Shown here piece by piece: positions 42,589-57,376 of a DNA stretch of 64,000 bases. The stretch lies in the NCBI GenBank assembly GCA_951406725.2, contig OX597826.1, positions 33,046,001-33,110,000 of the forward strand, read 5' to 3'. This DNA comes from Octopus vulgaris. Its lineage: Eukaryota. The translations under genes were made by a program, and so were the position numbers. Positions within the stretch are counted from its first letter, which is position 1, and every line of letters starts with the position of its first letter. A model generated the notes under the pieces. The model did not search any database. It saw nothing but the letters and a program-made list of their open reading frames with translations, and was not told the DNA's origin.

Positions 42589-42868
42589 TATTCATATACA
42601 TACAGTGTACATTTAAACACATAAGAGGTATCCATCATAGGATTCCTGGCATGCTAGAAGGAATAGCCAAAATCCAAACCACTATTAGGGACAAAACTTT
42701 GAATGGAATTGGTCCAGGGGATAGATGGTAAATGTTTTTATTTTTCATTCCTTTTGAAGTTTTATCCCTAATTGTGGTTTGGATTTGTGCTGTTCCTTCT
42801 AGCATGCCAGGAATCCTATGAAGAATACCTCTTAATGTGTTTAAATGTACACTGTATTTATATGAATA
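42589..42868. repeat. ~120-bp-arm inverted repeat
   Basis: ACAGTGTACATTTAAACAC...CATAGGATTCCTGGCATGCTAGAAGGAA versus TTCCTTCTAGCATGCCAGGAATCCTATG...GTGTTTAAATGTACACTGT. Confidence 0.9.
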
Positions 42869-42948
42869 ATATATAGTCTATTGACTAATTCTACATGCTA
42901 GGCCACTGGTAGTAAAAATTACTAAAGTTTTTATTACCCTATATATAT

Positions 42949-42990
<42 letters not shown>

Positions 42991-43175
42991 TGGTAAAACG
43001 GTAAGATAACAAAAGAAAGAAAGAGACCTCAATATTGTGTAAATAGAGGAAATTTATCTATAAAATAACGTTTTCAAATAGCCAGATAACCGAAGAGATG
43101 ACGGCGTGGATTCCCACTTCGGCATCTGAAACTCAGAGTTTTATTTTGACTATCGAGTAATATAACATATTATTT

Positions 43176-43208
<33 letters not shown>

Positions 43209-43419
43209 ATATTTCAAAGATTAAGTAGAGATGGCTTTTTTGAGGGGATAATTTCTTTTTTAATCTTAATAATAATGTTTAGACGTGAGTTACTCTGATA
43301 TGAGTTTTGAGTTTCAAGTAGCCATTTTAAAACTGAAAAATGCATGTTTTACTAGTTGCTTAAATAGCAAAGGATATTTTTTATAAGTATACTTGTAAGG
43401 AGAAGTTTTATGCAAATAT

Positions 43420-44030
43420 TACGCAAAAATGAAAATAACACTGACATCTCATTTTAACAGATATATATTTACCAAAATTACACAAAAATATTTTGAAATA
43501 CTAAAAAGTAAATTTGTTTAAGAAAATCGCCATTGGTTTCAATCTCGGCTTCCAGATGACTTTGGAAAGTCCTGCAAGTCTTCTGGATGATCTCCTTGTT
43601 TAAGTTGGTCAATGCTGCCATAATCCTTGACTTCACTTCATCTTTGATGTTACAAGGAATTTTGTTGGTCTCTCTCTCAACTGCACCCCACATAATAATC
43701 AAGGGGAATGCAGTCTGGGGAGTTAGATGGTCAGCTGTTAGGGGTGATGTGGTCACAGAAATTGTCTGACAGTCACGACTGCCTTCCCATGCTTGTGTGG
43801 CATGGTTCAGAAACCTGCTGCCAGATATAGGGTCTTCCAGCAGCCACCCTCTTGACCCAGGGCAGCACTACCTCCTGCAGGCACTTAATGTAGACCTCCA
43901 TGTTAAGTCTGAGGCCATGTGGGGAGATAAATGGAGACATAACGTCGCTATCACTAATGATCAGTCCAAACATCATGATGTTGACTGGATGTTTGATTTG
44001 TATCACTCTTGGAACATGTTTTGGGATACA
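43420..44030 (-). mobile_element. Tc1/mariner transposase remnant (DD37D/maT-like)
   Basis: KHPVNIMMFG...YIKCLQEVVLPWVK...YIWQQVSEPCHT...PSNSPDCIPLDYYVWGAVERETN...IETNGDF, with stops and frameshifts. Confidence 0.85.
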
Positions 44031-44059
44031 ATAATATGTATCACATATATGTATATGTG

Positions 44060-44090
<31 letters not shown>

Positions 44091-44175
44091 TATAGATATA
44101 ATACATACGTATACACACACACATATATGTCTGTCTATCTGTCTGTCTGTCTATCTCTCTATCTATCTATCTATC

Positions 44176-44207
<32 letters not shown>

Positions 44208-44236
44208 TATATATTTATTTATATATATATATACAT

Positions 44237-44509
44237 ATACTTTATAATTATGGTTCAGCAAAGATTTGCTTGACCACATACCGAAGTTTAGAAATAGCAG
44301 TCAAAAAACCTTAGCTATTTCTTCTACTTTAAAAAGGGACTCCCAGAAAAACCAAAATACTTGAAAACAGTCTACGCTAGTTTTCAAGTATTTGGTTTTT
44401 CTGGGAGTCGCTTTTAAAGTAAAAGAAATAGCTAACGTTTTTTGACTGCTATTTCTAAACTTCGGTATGTGGTAAAGCAAATCTTTGCTGAACCCTAATT
44501 ATAAAGTAT
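44237..44509. repeat. ~130-bp-arm inverted repeat with ~11-nt loop
   Basis: 44237-44368 is the reverse complement of 44380-44509. Flanked by (TA)n. Confidence 0.92.
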
Positions 44510-44630
44510 TACTTAAGTTTACCGTAAATGGTCTTTTTTCATGGCGAATTCTACTTGGTGAAATTATTGATTACTTCTTAATTAATTAATTTTACCCTTT
44601 GTTATTATATATATATATATGCACACACAC

Positions 44631-44670
<40 letters not shown>

Positions 44671-45309
44671 TCATCTATATCTATTTATCAGTCTATTTAT
44701 ATATACATGCACACACACACTCATGCATGCATGTGAACATGTACACAATACATACACACTAACATATATTCATGCATCATATTCTCAACAGAATGTGTAA
44801 TTATTTTGCAACATCGCAAAAATTTAATGATCTCAGATGTTTAGTGTGAAATTATCCGACATCTTGAAGTCTTTTACGATAACATGATGTATTACTAGCA
44901 CAATGGGGAGAACTGAAGACCTGCAAAAAAATTCATTAGTTCTAAATGCTGAATATAAGAACAAAAGAAATCCAATATGCTGGCTTAAAAAATGGTTTAG
45001 TAAGATATAAGGTATTTCTATCATTTTTTTCAGATACACATGTATATATAGGTAAATACATGAATACATATACGTATAAATACATTTGTATATGTACACA
45101 CACACACATACACACACACACAGTGGCAAACACACACGCACACACACACACGTGCGTGTGTATCTAAAAATGAATTTTGGTATCTTGATATATGTAAGTG
45201 CATATGCCAGTATATGTAAATGAATGTATGATTGTGTGTATATTTACCTATCAATATATATATATATATCATCTTCATCATCATCACCACCACCACCACC
45301 ACCACCACC

Positions 45310-45413
<104 letters not shown>

Positions 45414-45446
45414 ATCATATATATACATATGCATACACACATATAC

Positions 45447-45483
<37 letters not shown>

Positions 45484-45487
45484 CCTA

Positions 45488-45523
<36 letters not shown>

Positions 45524-45589
45524 CATGTAAACGTATATATGTATATATATATGTATGTATATATGTATATATATGAAATTATATATGTG

Positions 45590-45631
<42 letters not shown>

Positions 45632-45911
45632 TATATAGATATATAAATATAATGTGTATATATATATATATATACATTGATATATTAATATATATATATG
45701 TTTACACACATATACAATATACACATACATATATATGTATACACACACATACACTTATATATATAGGAAGACACACATACTTACGTATGCTGGATGTAAT
45801 CAAAAATCAGATGAAACTCTTTTTTTTTCCAACCATGTCATGTTTATGACAGCACTATAACTAATTAAAAAAACACAACACAACTAAACATGTGTACAAA
45901 AACTTTCAAAC

Positions 45912-45946
<35 letters not shown>

Positions 45947-46425
45947 CATGAATATGTATGTATGTATGTATGTACGTATATACGTAGGCAAGTTGAAGAT
46001 ATGTAAGTGCAGGAGACAAGCTACCTACATCTGGTGCCAATCAAAGAATAAAAGAAGAATGGTAACTAACCTGATTCCTAATGGCAAACATCCTTTCTAT
46101 TGTGTCATATTCCATATTTTACATCTCAGGCCCCAATTCTCACAGCGCTGCTGCTCTTCAAGAACTTACACATTAATGTAATTATCTCGACATACAAGGC
46201 TGTGGCAATAACAATCTGACGCTCCATTGTGATAAACATCTATCGGCATAGGACTGGTTTCTAAGTATTTATGACATACACTGTGCGAGTGTGTGTGTGA
46301 GTGTGTGTGTATGTATGTATGTATGTATGTATGTATGTATGTTTGTATGTATGTATGTATGTATATATGTATCTACGTGTCTGTATTATTTATGTCTAAA
46401 TACACATATATATATATGTATATAA

Positions 46426-46456
<31 letters not shown>

Positions 46457-46526
46457 ATAGATAGACAGACAGATATATAGACAAACAGACAGATAGATAG
46501 ATAGACAGATAGATAAATAGATAGAC

Positions 46527-46610
<84 letters not shown>

Positions 46611-47209
46611 TGATAAAATTTACTTGGAAGAAGACGTATGGCATTCAATCATATAATACAGATGAAATATATAAATATATATATATAAATATATCTGCAT
46701 ATATGCATACGTATATGTACATACATCTATTTGTAAATTTATATATATATATGCATATGTGGGCACAGGACATCATGAAAAGTGTACAACAAAAAAGTAC
46801 AAAGAATGAGTACATGGAACATGAACTATTCTTCCGAATAGAACAACCCTTCTTCAGTTGTTGGCTGTTTTTCTAGTCTTGTATTTCGAGCATTTTTATA
46901 TCAATAATGATAATTAACAAGGATTATTATGAAGTAGCATTAGCAGTGCTTTTAATACCTTTTTATATATACACAGCTTTGAACAGACCTACACATGTTT
47001 CTAATGCATCGATTATTAAGTGTTGCAATTGCAACCCTACTGTAATTCTAATGCAGTTTCTTCAGAGTCTTCACTTTAATATCCTTTTTGATTTAACTCT
47101 TTAAAGTTTTGTGTTTATCTACTCTGCATTGCACGATGTGGAGAAGTTCGTTAATATTGATTGGATAATCTCTTACAACTAATTATTTCAAAACATTCTG
47201 TTGTTTAAA

Positions 47210-47239
<30 letters not shown>

Positions 47240-47240
<1 letters not shown>

Positions 47241-47451
47241 TCCTTTATTCTTTTACTTGGTTCAGTCATTTGACTGTGGCCATGCTGGAGTATGGCCTTT
47301 AGTCGAACAAATCGACCCCAGGACTTATTCTTTGAAAGCCTAGTACTTATTCTATCAGTCTCTTTTGCCAAACTGCTAGGTTACGGGTGACATAATCACA
47401 CCAACATTAGTTGTCAAACAACAGTGGAGGTACAAATATAGACACACAAAC

Positions 47452-47486
<35 letters not shown>

Positions 47487-47797
47487 TGGGCAAATGTCTT
47501 CTACTATAGCATCAGGCTAACCAAAGACTTGTGAGTGGATTTGGTAGACGGAAACTGAAAGAAGCTGGTCATATACATATATGTGTGTGTGTATTTGTGT
47601 GTCTGTGTTTGTTTCCCCACCATCACTGGGCAACTGATGTTAGTGTGTTTACATCTCCATAACTTAGCAGTTTGGCAAAAGAGACTGATAGAATAAATAT
47701 TAAGAATACAAAGAATAAGTCCTGGTGTCAATTTGTCCGACCAAAGACACTGCTCCAGCATGGCCTCACTTAAATGACTGAAGCAAATAAAAAAATA
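47240..47797. mobile_element. Inverted pair of family-A SINE copies
   Basis: 47240-47450 is the minus-strand 3' half. 47487-47797 is the plus-strand body and tail. Confidence 0.83.
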
Positions 47798-47801
47798 TGT
47801 G

Positions 47802-47890
<89 letters not shown>

Positions 47891-47891
47891 G

Positions 47892-48186
47892 TGGAGGCGC
47901 AATGGCCCAGTGGTTTGGGCAGCGAACTCGCAGTTGTAGGATCGCGGTTTCAATTCCCAGACCGGGCGTTGTGTGTGTTTATTGAGCGAAAACACCAAAA
48001 AGCTCCATGAGGCTCCGGCAGGGGGTGGTGATCCCTGCTGTACTCTTTCATCACTTATTCTCTCTTTCTTCTGTTGGCCTGCTCGCTTAGCCAGCGGGGT
48101 GGCGTCGTTCGAAGGCTAAAACAATGCGAACGCATAGTGACCAGCTATGTGTAGCAACATCTGATGGTCTGGTCAGTCACGTGATC
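47892..48186 (+). mobile_element. Family-C tRNA-headed SINE
   Basis: GGAGGCGCAATGGCCCAGTGGTTTGGGC (A box)...GGTTTCAATTCCC (B box)...GTGTTTATTGAGCGAAAA. Partial reverse copy at ~9460-9657. Confidence 0.8.
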
Positions 48187-48191
48187 ATGTG

Positions 48192-48223
<32 letters not shown>

Positions 48224-48283
48224 CTGTGTGCATGTACGTATATATAATATCTCTCTCTCTCTCTCTCTCTTTCTATATGTGTG

Positions 48284-48327
<44 letters not shown>

Positions 48328-48666
48328 TATACATATATATATATACATATATATATATATACAGATATATATATACACACATATATATACATACATAACT
48401 AAATCTTTTTCGTCTCTATTTTAAAGCTTAGTTTAACTTTATATATATATATGAAAATATGTATTTATGCATATGTCTACGTATATATATGTGATATTAT
48501 ATCTATATCTTATATGTATATATATATCTGTACATGTACATATATCTATATCCATATCTATGTATACTTGCAATATCTGTTTGTGTGCATGTATCTATCC
48601 AGCTATCTCTTACTGTATATGTATATGTGTATATATATATATACACACATTATATGTGTATGTATG

Positions 48667-48732
<66 letters not shown>

Positions 48733-49296
48733 CATATATATTTATATACACATATATATATATATCACATTCCAGAGTCTTTTAGATATTCTCAGTTTGA
48801 AATGAAGTAATCAAATAAAAATTCTTCTGCTGTCCAAAATATAATTCACAATTGGAATGAAACACAGTCCAAAATACTCTTGTATAAATCATAAATAATA
48901 TAACAAAAAGACAAATTCCTTTTTATCAATATCAAGTGTTTTGTTCTGCAAGGGAAATTAACCATTTTTTGCAAGAATCATGCAGAATTTGCTATCTCTT
49001 TTGTTATATCCATAAAAAGCTGTATCCTTGAGACTGTGTTTTTGTTATTTTTTTTTGTCTTTTTCTGCAAGACTTTCTGCTGTAATCAGCTTCCTGTGGC
49101 CATCCACAGCAAAACTTGTCTTTTAACAGAAGTGTTGGTTATTTATATATTTGATTGTGTCTGGGTTTTGGTCTGTGTCAAGTCAAGATGCATATGTGTA
49201 TAGAATTGTGTGTGTATTCATATATTTGTGTGTGTGTATATATATATATAAATACATATACACATACATATTTGTATATATGGTATGTAAATAACG

Positions 49297-49330
<34 letters not shown>

Positions 49331-49339
49331 GTATATATG

Positions 49340-49394
<55 letters not shown>

Positions 49395-49641
49395 ATATAT
49401 ATAGATAGATAGATAGATAGATATAGATATAGATTGATAGATAGATTTATAGATATACATTCTCCTCTTTCTGTCATATGCAAACAGAATATACTTACAC
49501 ATCACTTATGTGTGTGTGTATGTCTGTGTGTATCTGTATCTGTGTGTATGTGTGTGTGTGTGTGCGTCTTTGTTTATACAATTTCACTCTTTCTCTTCTC
49601 ATCCTCATATATGTATATACATATATACATATATACATATA

Positions 49642-49690
<49 letters not shown>

Positions 49691-52255
49691 GTATGCAAAA
49701 TTCCCAAAAGTCATTTCAACAAACACAAAAAGAAAGAAAAGAGAAGTTTACATGAGGCTGAAAAAATGCAAATGTTTGCATCGTTATTTACTGCCAAAGA
49801 GAACACTTAATATAACTCTGTGTGCGTGTGTACACATACATCGTGTATTGCTATGTGTTTATATGTGCAAACACACGGGTGTCTGCATATACACCCACAT
49901 GTATATATATCTGAGTTTCTATGTATCTTTGTGTTTACTCATATGCATGCTTATTTCCATACATGCACTTTTGCACACATACACACGTGTGTTTGCATTG
50001 ATTTGCATGTATATACACGTTTACCTGTTTGTACGTAGACAGATATAAGTGCCCGTATGGTACTTATATTTACAAGCATATACGCATGTGTGTACATGAG
50101 GTTGTCTGCTTGCACATAGACGAGAGATCTTCTATGAATTTATGTGTGTGCACATGTGTATTTGAATGAGCTTGTGTGTATATATATATATATATATCTG
50201 TGTGTGTGTGAGTTTGTATGTACACAAGTACATGAGCAAATTTTTAGTAAACAATTTGAGTGTTTAGTTTTATTCTTATATTTATTTGGAATTGGTACCA
50301 GAAATGTAAATATTTCTTGAAAACATGGCATGTTGTACAGTGGAAGATTCATCTACCACTAATATCATGGAATTTGCTGTCAAGCAACTCTCCAAAAGAC
50401 CTCTCTGACTAATGAAAATTTCGCTGCAAAAATCATGCAAGAATATGCACCGATAATGGTAAGGAAATCTTACGGGATCTTTGTAATTCACAATTTGTGT
50501 TAACATATTGATTTGCACATTCCCCCTCTCACCATTTGGTATTATATATAAGCTCCTGTGGGTGTTATTGTGTGTGTATGTGTGTTTGTGTGTGTGTCTG
50601 TTTGACTATATGTGTGAGGAATGGTAAATGTTGCCACAACATTCTTTAATCTTAGATGTAATTAAGATCCTCAAAACTCGTCAGGTTTGTCGAAATACCT
50701 ATTCTTTAAATGTCACCGCCAACAATGTTACTTTGCATTTGTCCAAAAGTGTACAGCACCAATATTTGATGATGCCAACAGATAACTAGGATTACACAAC
50801 AATTAGTATTCTCACTTAGAATAGCAGTCGTTTAAGCTGGTTTTAAATAGTAGAATTTGTCAGGCTATTAACGTCATCTCTTGGAAAATGTTAAGTGTTG
50901 TCGAGACATGTTAATTTGAAGAAGTAAAGAATTTAGAATACTAATCTTAAGCAGCGATCTGTTTAGTATAATAGAAGGGAAAGTGTGAACTGGAAAGAGT
51001 GAAAAAGAGTAAGAGGCAGAGAGTGACGGATGTAGATAGAGAGAGAGGGAGAGAGATGGTGGTAGAGAGAGAGTGACAAAGACTAACGAATGAATAAAGA
51101 AAGGTGCAACTATAAGTGTGATGGTGTGAACTTGTGTGAATACTCGGCACAATAAGTTAACTTCAGTAAACCTAATGACTTAAAAATGATTAGAAGATAA
51201 ATATGTGATTTAAATACATTAGTTCTAAGACAGAATTTAGCATGGCACCTCAGAATGAATATTTATTTCATTTATATATTCAGTTAATGGTGCTAGCATG
51301 AGAATAGAACAAAGTGTAGAGTCGAGTGTTTCAATAACGTAGTTATGTTTGTTATTATAATCCAGGTGAAGACGAAAAGACGTATTCTCCAAAAATGCTG
51401 ACTCTGTTGAAATCTATTTTGCTATGGAAAATTTCGCTGAACAATTTAAACACTTATGTTGTACAATTGTAACTTTAAAAATGTGGGAAATACTGCATGG
51501 GTAGTTGGTAGCTTTTATGGGGGAAGGTGAAGCGGTTTCTGTTTGCTTTGTGTTCACAAAGAATTTAATCAAGACACTTGTAATGAGATAATTTGCTAAC
51601 ATCTACCTTTAATTATTGCTTTGATAAGGAAATTTGCACACACGAAACTCTTATGGTTGTAGTCCTTCACATTGTATCTTCCTACACACTGTCACACTTC
51701 TACATAACATTTGTTACTTTAAACATGCCGATCTTATCATCCTCTATACCAAAGAACTTGATGCTTTATCTTGGCCTTAGAAAAATAGGTTCAAATCTAT
51801 TTCATTGTCAGATAAACTTGTCTGCTTTTGTTTTTTTTTCCATTTATTTTAATCTTTATTTTTCACCAACACTTTTAACAAATCAGTCAATAATAGATTC
51901 TCCTTCATCTGTCTTTATGTTCTGAGTTCAAATTCTGTCGAGGTCGACTTTGCCTTTCATCCTTCCAGGGTCAATAAATTAAGTACCAATTGTATACTGG
52001 GATTGATCTAATCGACTTCCTTCCTCGCCACAAAAATTTCAGGCCTTGTGCTAAGAGCAGAAAAGAATATGTTTCATGTTAAGTCAAATAACACTGGACA
52101 AAATGGAAAATGAATGAAGAAATCTGAAAAAATAATGAAAAAATGATAAATATATATATATATATTCATATGTATATATTTAAAATGTAACTATAGGTGG
52201 ACTATTGATGATATTTTTCCTTCATCCTTTTCTCTTAGACTTTTCTCTGTCTCCT

Positions 52256-52290
52256 GTTTCTGAAGAAGAGCTTTGCTCAAAACGTAAAAC
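52256..52290 (+). ncRNA. Minimal type-I hammerhead ribozyme motif with one core substitution
   Basis: GTTT-CTGAAGA-A-GAGC ttt GCTC-AAAA-C-GTA-AAAC. Stem I GTTT/AAAC, stem II GAGC/GCTC, GUA triplet. GAAA is replaced by AAAA. Confidence 0.6.
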
Positions 52291-52409
52291 ACCCTTTCTT
52301 TCTTTCTCTGAGTATCTTTTAATACATTGGTTGTACCATATCCTCACTTTGTTGCTTTTTTCTACTTGTGTTTTTACTTCATTTTTTTTGGGGGGGGGGG
52401 GATTAATTA

Positions 52410-52522
<113 letters not shown>

Positions 52523-54460
52523 GTATGTATGTATGTATATATATAAACTTACTTGGAAATGGATGAATGGCATTCAATCAAATAATAATATAAATAAAAA
52601 AAAAAAATATATATATATATATATATAGGCATATTTGGTGCAGGACATCACACTCAGTAAGCAACAGGAAATACAAAAACAAATGAGTTCAATAGGCAAA
52701 CAACAAGTGAAGCAAATAGAAAAGAAGACAAGTAACATAAAGAACGACCCTTCGTCTGTTGTCGACTGTCTATCTACTCCTTATTTCGAGCATTGAACGA
52801 CAATATGAGTCTTTGAAGACAGTTGCTCCCATAAGTACCAAAATAAAATTTGGGATTTATGGACTGTCAAAGTTGGGAACAAAAACAGGACAGTGGAGTC
52901 ATACATACATATATATATGTGTGTCTATATATATACATACATATATACATATACGTATGTGTTTGTGTATAGATATATATAATATATATGTGGATATATA
53001 CATTATATGTATATGTGTGTATGTGTGTGTGTTGTTGCTGGTGTTGGTGTTGGTGGTGGCAGTGGTGATGATGATAATGATGATGATGACAATGATAATG
53101 TTGAAGATTATATATTTATTCAAGCATTTAAAACCCAAGAAATGTTGATAAAGCAGAATACACAGTTCTTGGATGCTCTTACCTCCTACATTATCGTTTT
53201 TTTATCCTCTGTTTTTTTTTTTTTTAATTTATCTTTACTTTTGTTTGTTCATTTGTTGGCATGTGCGTGTTTTTATTTTATCTATTTCTGTTTTTTTTTT
53301 GTTTTAATTTTTGTTGTTATTTCTTCAGTAACGGAACCCAAAGGAAAGAAAGAAAAGAAAGAAGGAAACAAACAAAAGAAACAATCTGAAACTAATAAAC
53401 GAGTAGGAAAATTGTTTTCTCTAACACTCAGAAGCAAATTGTGAGGAATTCACCAGTGTTTACATATCCATCTGTTAGATTCATCAGTCTCATTGCTCTC
53501 AGCAACCACAGAGGGACCAACACTGTTAGAAATGTTTGATGCAACCATTCTTCACTTAGCTGCTAGGGATCAAAACTACAAGACATTGCTGATTATCAGA
53601 ACACCCATGTTTTGATCCATTTCGTGAGTTTGTCCATAATTATGATGGAAGCAAGCCACTGGGAAAATCTTTCGACTCTTTTGTTCTCAAGCTTTAATTT
53701 AAATGGAACAAATTATGGAGTGTAACAAAAGCCACGTATTTTCACACAAAAAGTTATTCAAATTGGTTCAATGAATAATAATTAAGACACATTTATTTGT
53801 TTATGTATTTTATTCATTTTATTTTATTTTATTTATTATTTTGTTTTCTTTTTTTCCTTAGGTGCCAAGATCTGCTTTGTCAATGTTGGTCATATTTTAG
53901 AATTGACAAATACTTGTTCTATGTGAAATGATAAGTTGTCACTTAATTTCCATTCAAACTTTTTCTGTTCCATCATTAAATGCGGTTGGCATTATAATGA
54001 AACACCCACTTTGCCATGAATTTATGAGGCCCAGGGGGATCGGAACAGCTTTTGTATATTCATCAACTGTATTACAATGGTGATGTGTGTGGAAAGCTTC
54101 GAGAAAATGTTTTTCAGATGATCAACGTCATCATCCGCATTGCCATCATCATCATCATCATCACTATCACCATCACCATCATCGTCATCGTCGTTGCTGT
54201 CGCTGTCATCATTGTTGTTGTTGTTGTTGTTGTTGTTGATGTTGTCATCGTCGTTGTCGTCGTCATCAATGTTGTTGTCTCTGACACCATTATCATCATC
54301 GTCATCATAATCGTCGTTATTCTTGTGGTCATTCTCCCCACCACCACCACCACCTCCACTAGTACTACCACAGCCATCATCATCATCATTATCATCATCA
54401 TTATCATCATCATTATCATCATCATTGTCATTGTTGCTGCTATTGTCATTGTCATCGTTG

Positions 54461-54491
<31 letters not shown>

Positions 54492-54995
54492 AAATTGTCT
54501 TCATTGTCAACAGTATCCCTGTCACCGCCATCATAACCATTATAACCCTCATTATCATCATCCTCATCATCATTGAGATTGTCATCATCATCATCATTGA
54601 TATCGTCATCATCATCATCATCACCATCACCACCATCATCATCATCATCATCACCATCACCATCACCATCATCATCATCATCATCATCCCCATCATCATC
54701 ACCATCATTATCACCATCACCACCACAACCACCACCATCGTCCACCATCACCACCACCACCATCATCATCCCCATCATCATCATCATCATCATCACCACC
54801 ACAATCATCGTCATCATCCTTCATTGTCGTTGTTGTCATCATCGTCATCATCAGCATCAGAGGCAGCAACATGGTTTCTATGTTGAGTTTCCTCTCCCCA
54901 CCAAAATGAAGACTTGCGCACATAATAGAGGAGTTTGTTATTAACAACAAATAGCTATACATACATGTCAGTATATACATATGTGTGTGTGTATG

Positions 54996-55040
<45 letters not shown>

Positions 55041-55201
55041 GTATGTTTGTGTGTGTGGTATAAATTTGTCTCCTCTCATAGTCTTTCTGTTTGTGTGGTC
55101 ATGTTTGAGCTTTTTTTTACTTCTCTTTTGTGTATTATGTATTTGTATATTTGCATCATGTGTTTCTCATTTTCTTTTCTGTGTGAGTATATGTGTGTCT
55201 A

Positions 55202-55264
<63 letters not shown>

Positions 55265-55602
55265 ATATATATGTATATGTCTATATATATATTTATATAT
55301 ATATAAATATGTGTGCATATACATACATGCATATATATATATATATATGTGTGTGTATATATATATTTATATATAAATATATGTATATACATATATATAT
55401 GTATATTTATATATATAAATATATATATGCATGTGTGTGTATATTTATATATACACACACATATATATATATATATATGTGTACATATGTATATATATAT
55501 ATAATCTACATTCATATATGCACATACATCCATATATATATATATGTATATATGTGTATGGGTGCATGTATGTATATGTATATGTATATATAAGTATGTA
55601 TG

Positions 55603-55637
<35 letters not shown>

Positions 55638-57376
55638 TAGATATAAATACACACACATACACACACACGCACTTATATATATATACACATACACATACAG
55701 ACATTCATATAAATGTGCTTCAAGTGCGAATGTGTCTATAAGATAAATTCCTATGCTAATAAAACATCAATATTTGATGACATTATCATTATTATTATCA
55801 TCAAAATCATCATCATCATCATCATTATTATTATTACTATTATTACTGCTATTATTATTATTGTCTTTATTATAGCCATCATCATTACCATTTTTGTTCC
55901 AGTTATTTTTTTTCTCATTCCAACACTATTTTTTTTCTTTTTCTTTTTGTTTTTTCTGTTTCAAACAAACTTTAAAACATCACAAGAATTTTCTGTCCAC
56001 ATGGAATTAAAAATATTCTCATACCATTTTTTTATTCTTTGAATGATCAAATGACTAATACAGAATTTTACTTTTTGTATTTGTGGACATGAAGATTTCT
56101 TGTACATGAAGAATTCTCCTGTTTTTATTCAAAGAAAGAGAAAGACATTATGTCATCGAGACAAACTGTCAGGAATTTTTTTATCTTCACTTGTTGAATC
56201 TGCAGGGGAAGGTCCTTTGAGAATGGTGAGTTTGGTGCCATTAATCTTCTGTTTAAATTGTTGCAGGTTAACATTTGCAGGAAGAATATGAGTAGTGGGG
56301 GAGATTCTAGAGGGGGAATGGGGGGGGAGAAAGAACTGGGGATAGTGATTAATGCAGGGGGTCAGGGTGATGATAATAATGATGATGGTTGGGGTGGTGG
56401 TAGTAGCAGTGATGGTGATGTTGATGATGGTGGTGGTGGTGGAGGTGATGATGGGGATGATAACGATGATGATGAAGATGATGATGAGGAAGAGGGAGGC
56501 GAGTATGAGAAGGGGAGGAGGAGGGGGTAGTAGTAGTAGGAGCTGGAAGGGTAGGAGGACAGTAATAATGGTAAAGAGGAGGAGTGTGATAGAGATGAGG
56601 GTAATGATGATATGATGATAGTGGTGGTGATAGAGGTGTGATGATAATAGCGATAACAATCATTAAACAAAACAAGAGTGATGAGAGGAGGAGGAACGAA
56701 TGATGAAGTACAAGACCAGCAAGCTCTGAGGAGCAGAGGCCATTATGACAGCACTGAAAAGGACAATGAGATGTGACAGGTTAGAGCATCTCTGTTAGTG
56801 ATTTAATGTCAATGAATTTTGAGTGGCCCTTTTCTGGATGTAGTCCAACATGTCTTTGAGTGCATAGCACATGATTTTATATGTATATATATATATATAT
56901 ATATATGGCTAAAAGTTTGGCTAAAAGTTAAGTGAATCGTCCAACCTCGCTACGACTACCTTCTTTCTTGCACTTATCTTTATTCTTTCTCTATTCTTCA
57001 ATTTCCATCTCATTGTATTGTTCCTCATTCTTTCAGTATTCCCTCATTACCCTGTCTAGCTCAAACATTTTTTTCGTTTAGTCTTGTCTCCCGGTTCATA
57101 GCCACTCTGATTTTTCAATTTTTCGTTTAGTCTTGTCTCCCGGTTCATACAAACCCATTTGCTAGCTCATACGATTAACAGAACCCCTTTACTCAGCTAC
57201 GGTGCACCCGCCCTCCCACCCCCACCACACATGCCGGAAGTTCCTATTCTTTGCCATTCCGGGGTTGCTTCCCATGAAGACTGCAAATGCTCTCACCATC
57301 CCTACCCCTCCCTACCCCTAGTCTCGACCTGTGTAAGGTAATGTTCATACAGTGCAAAATATGAAAGGCTAGTGTT

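Noticed and set aside
53503-53615. Ankyrin-like peptide DATILHLAARDQNYKTLLII after an AG acceptor
   Set aside because: The frame stops before the only good donor (GTGAGT) and no second repeat is present. Probably chance.
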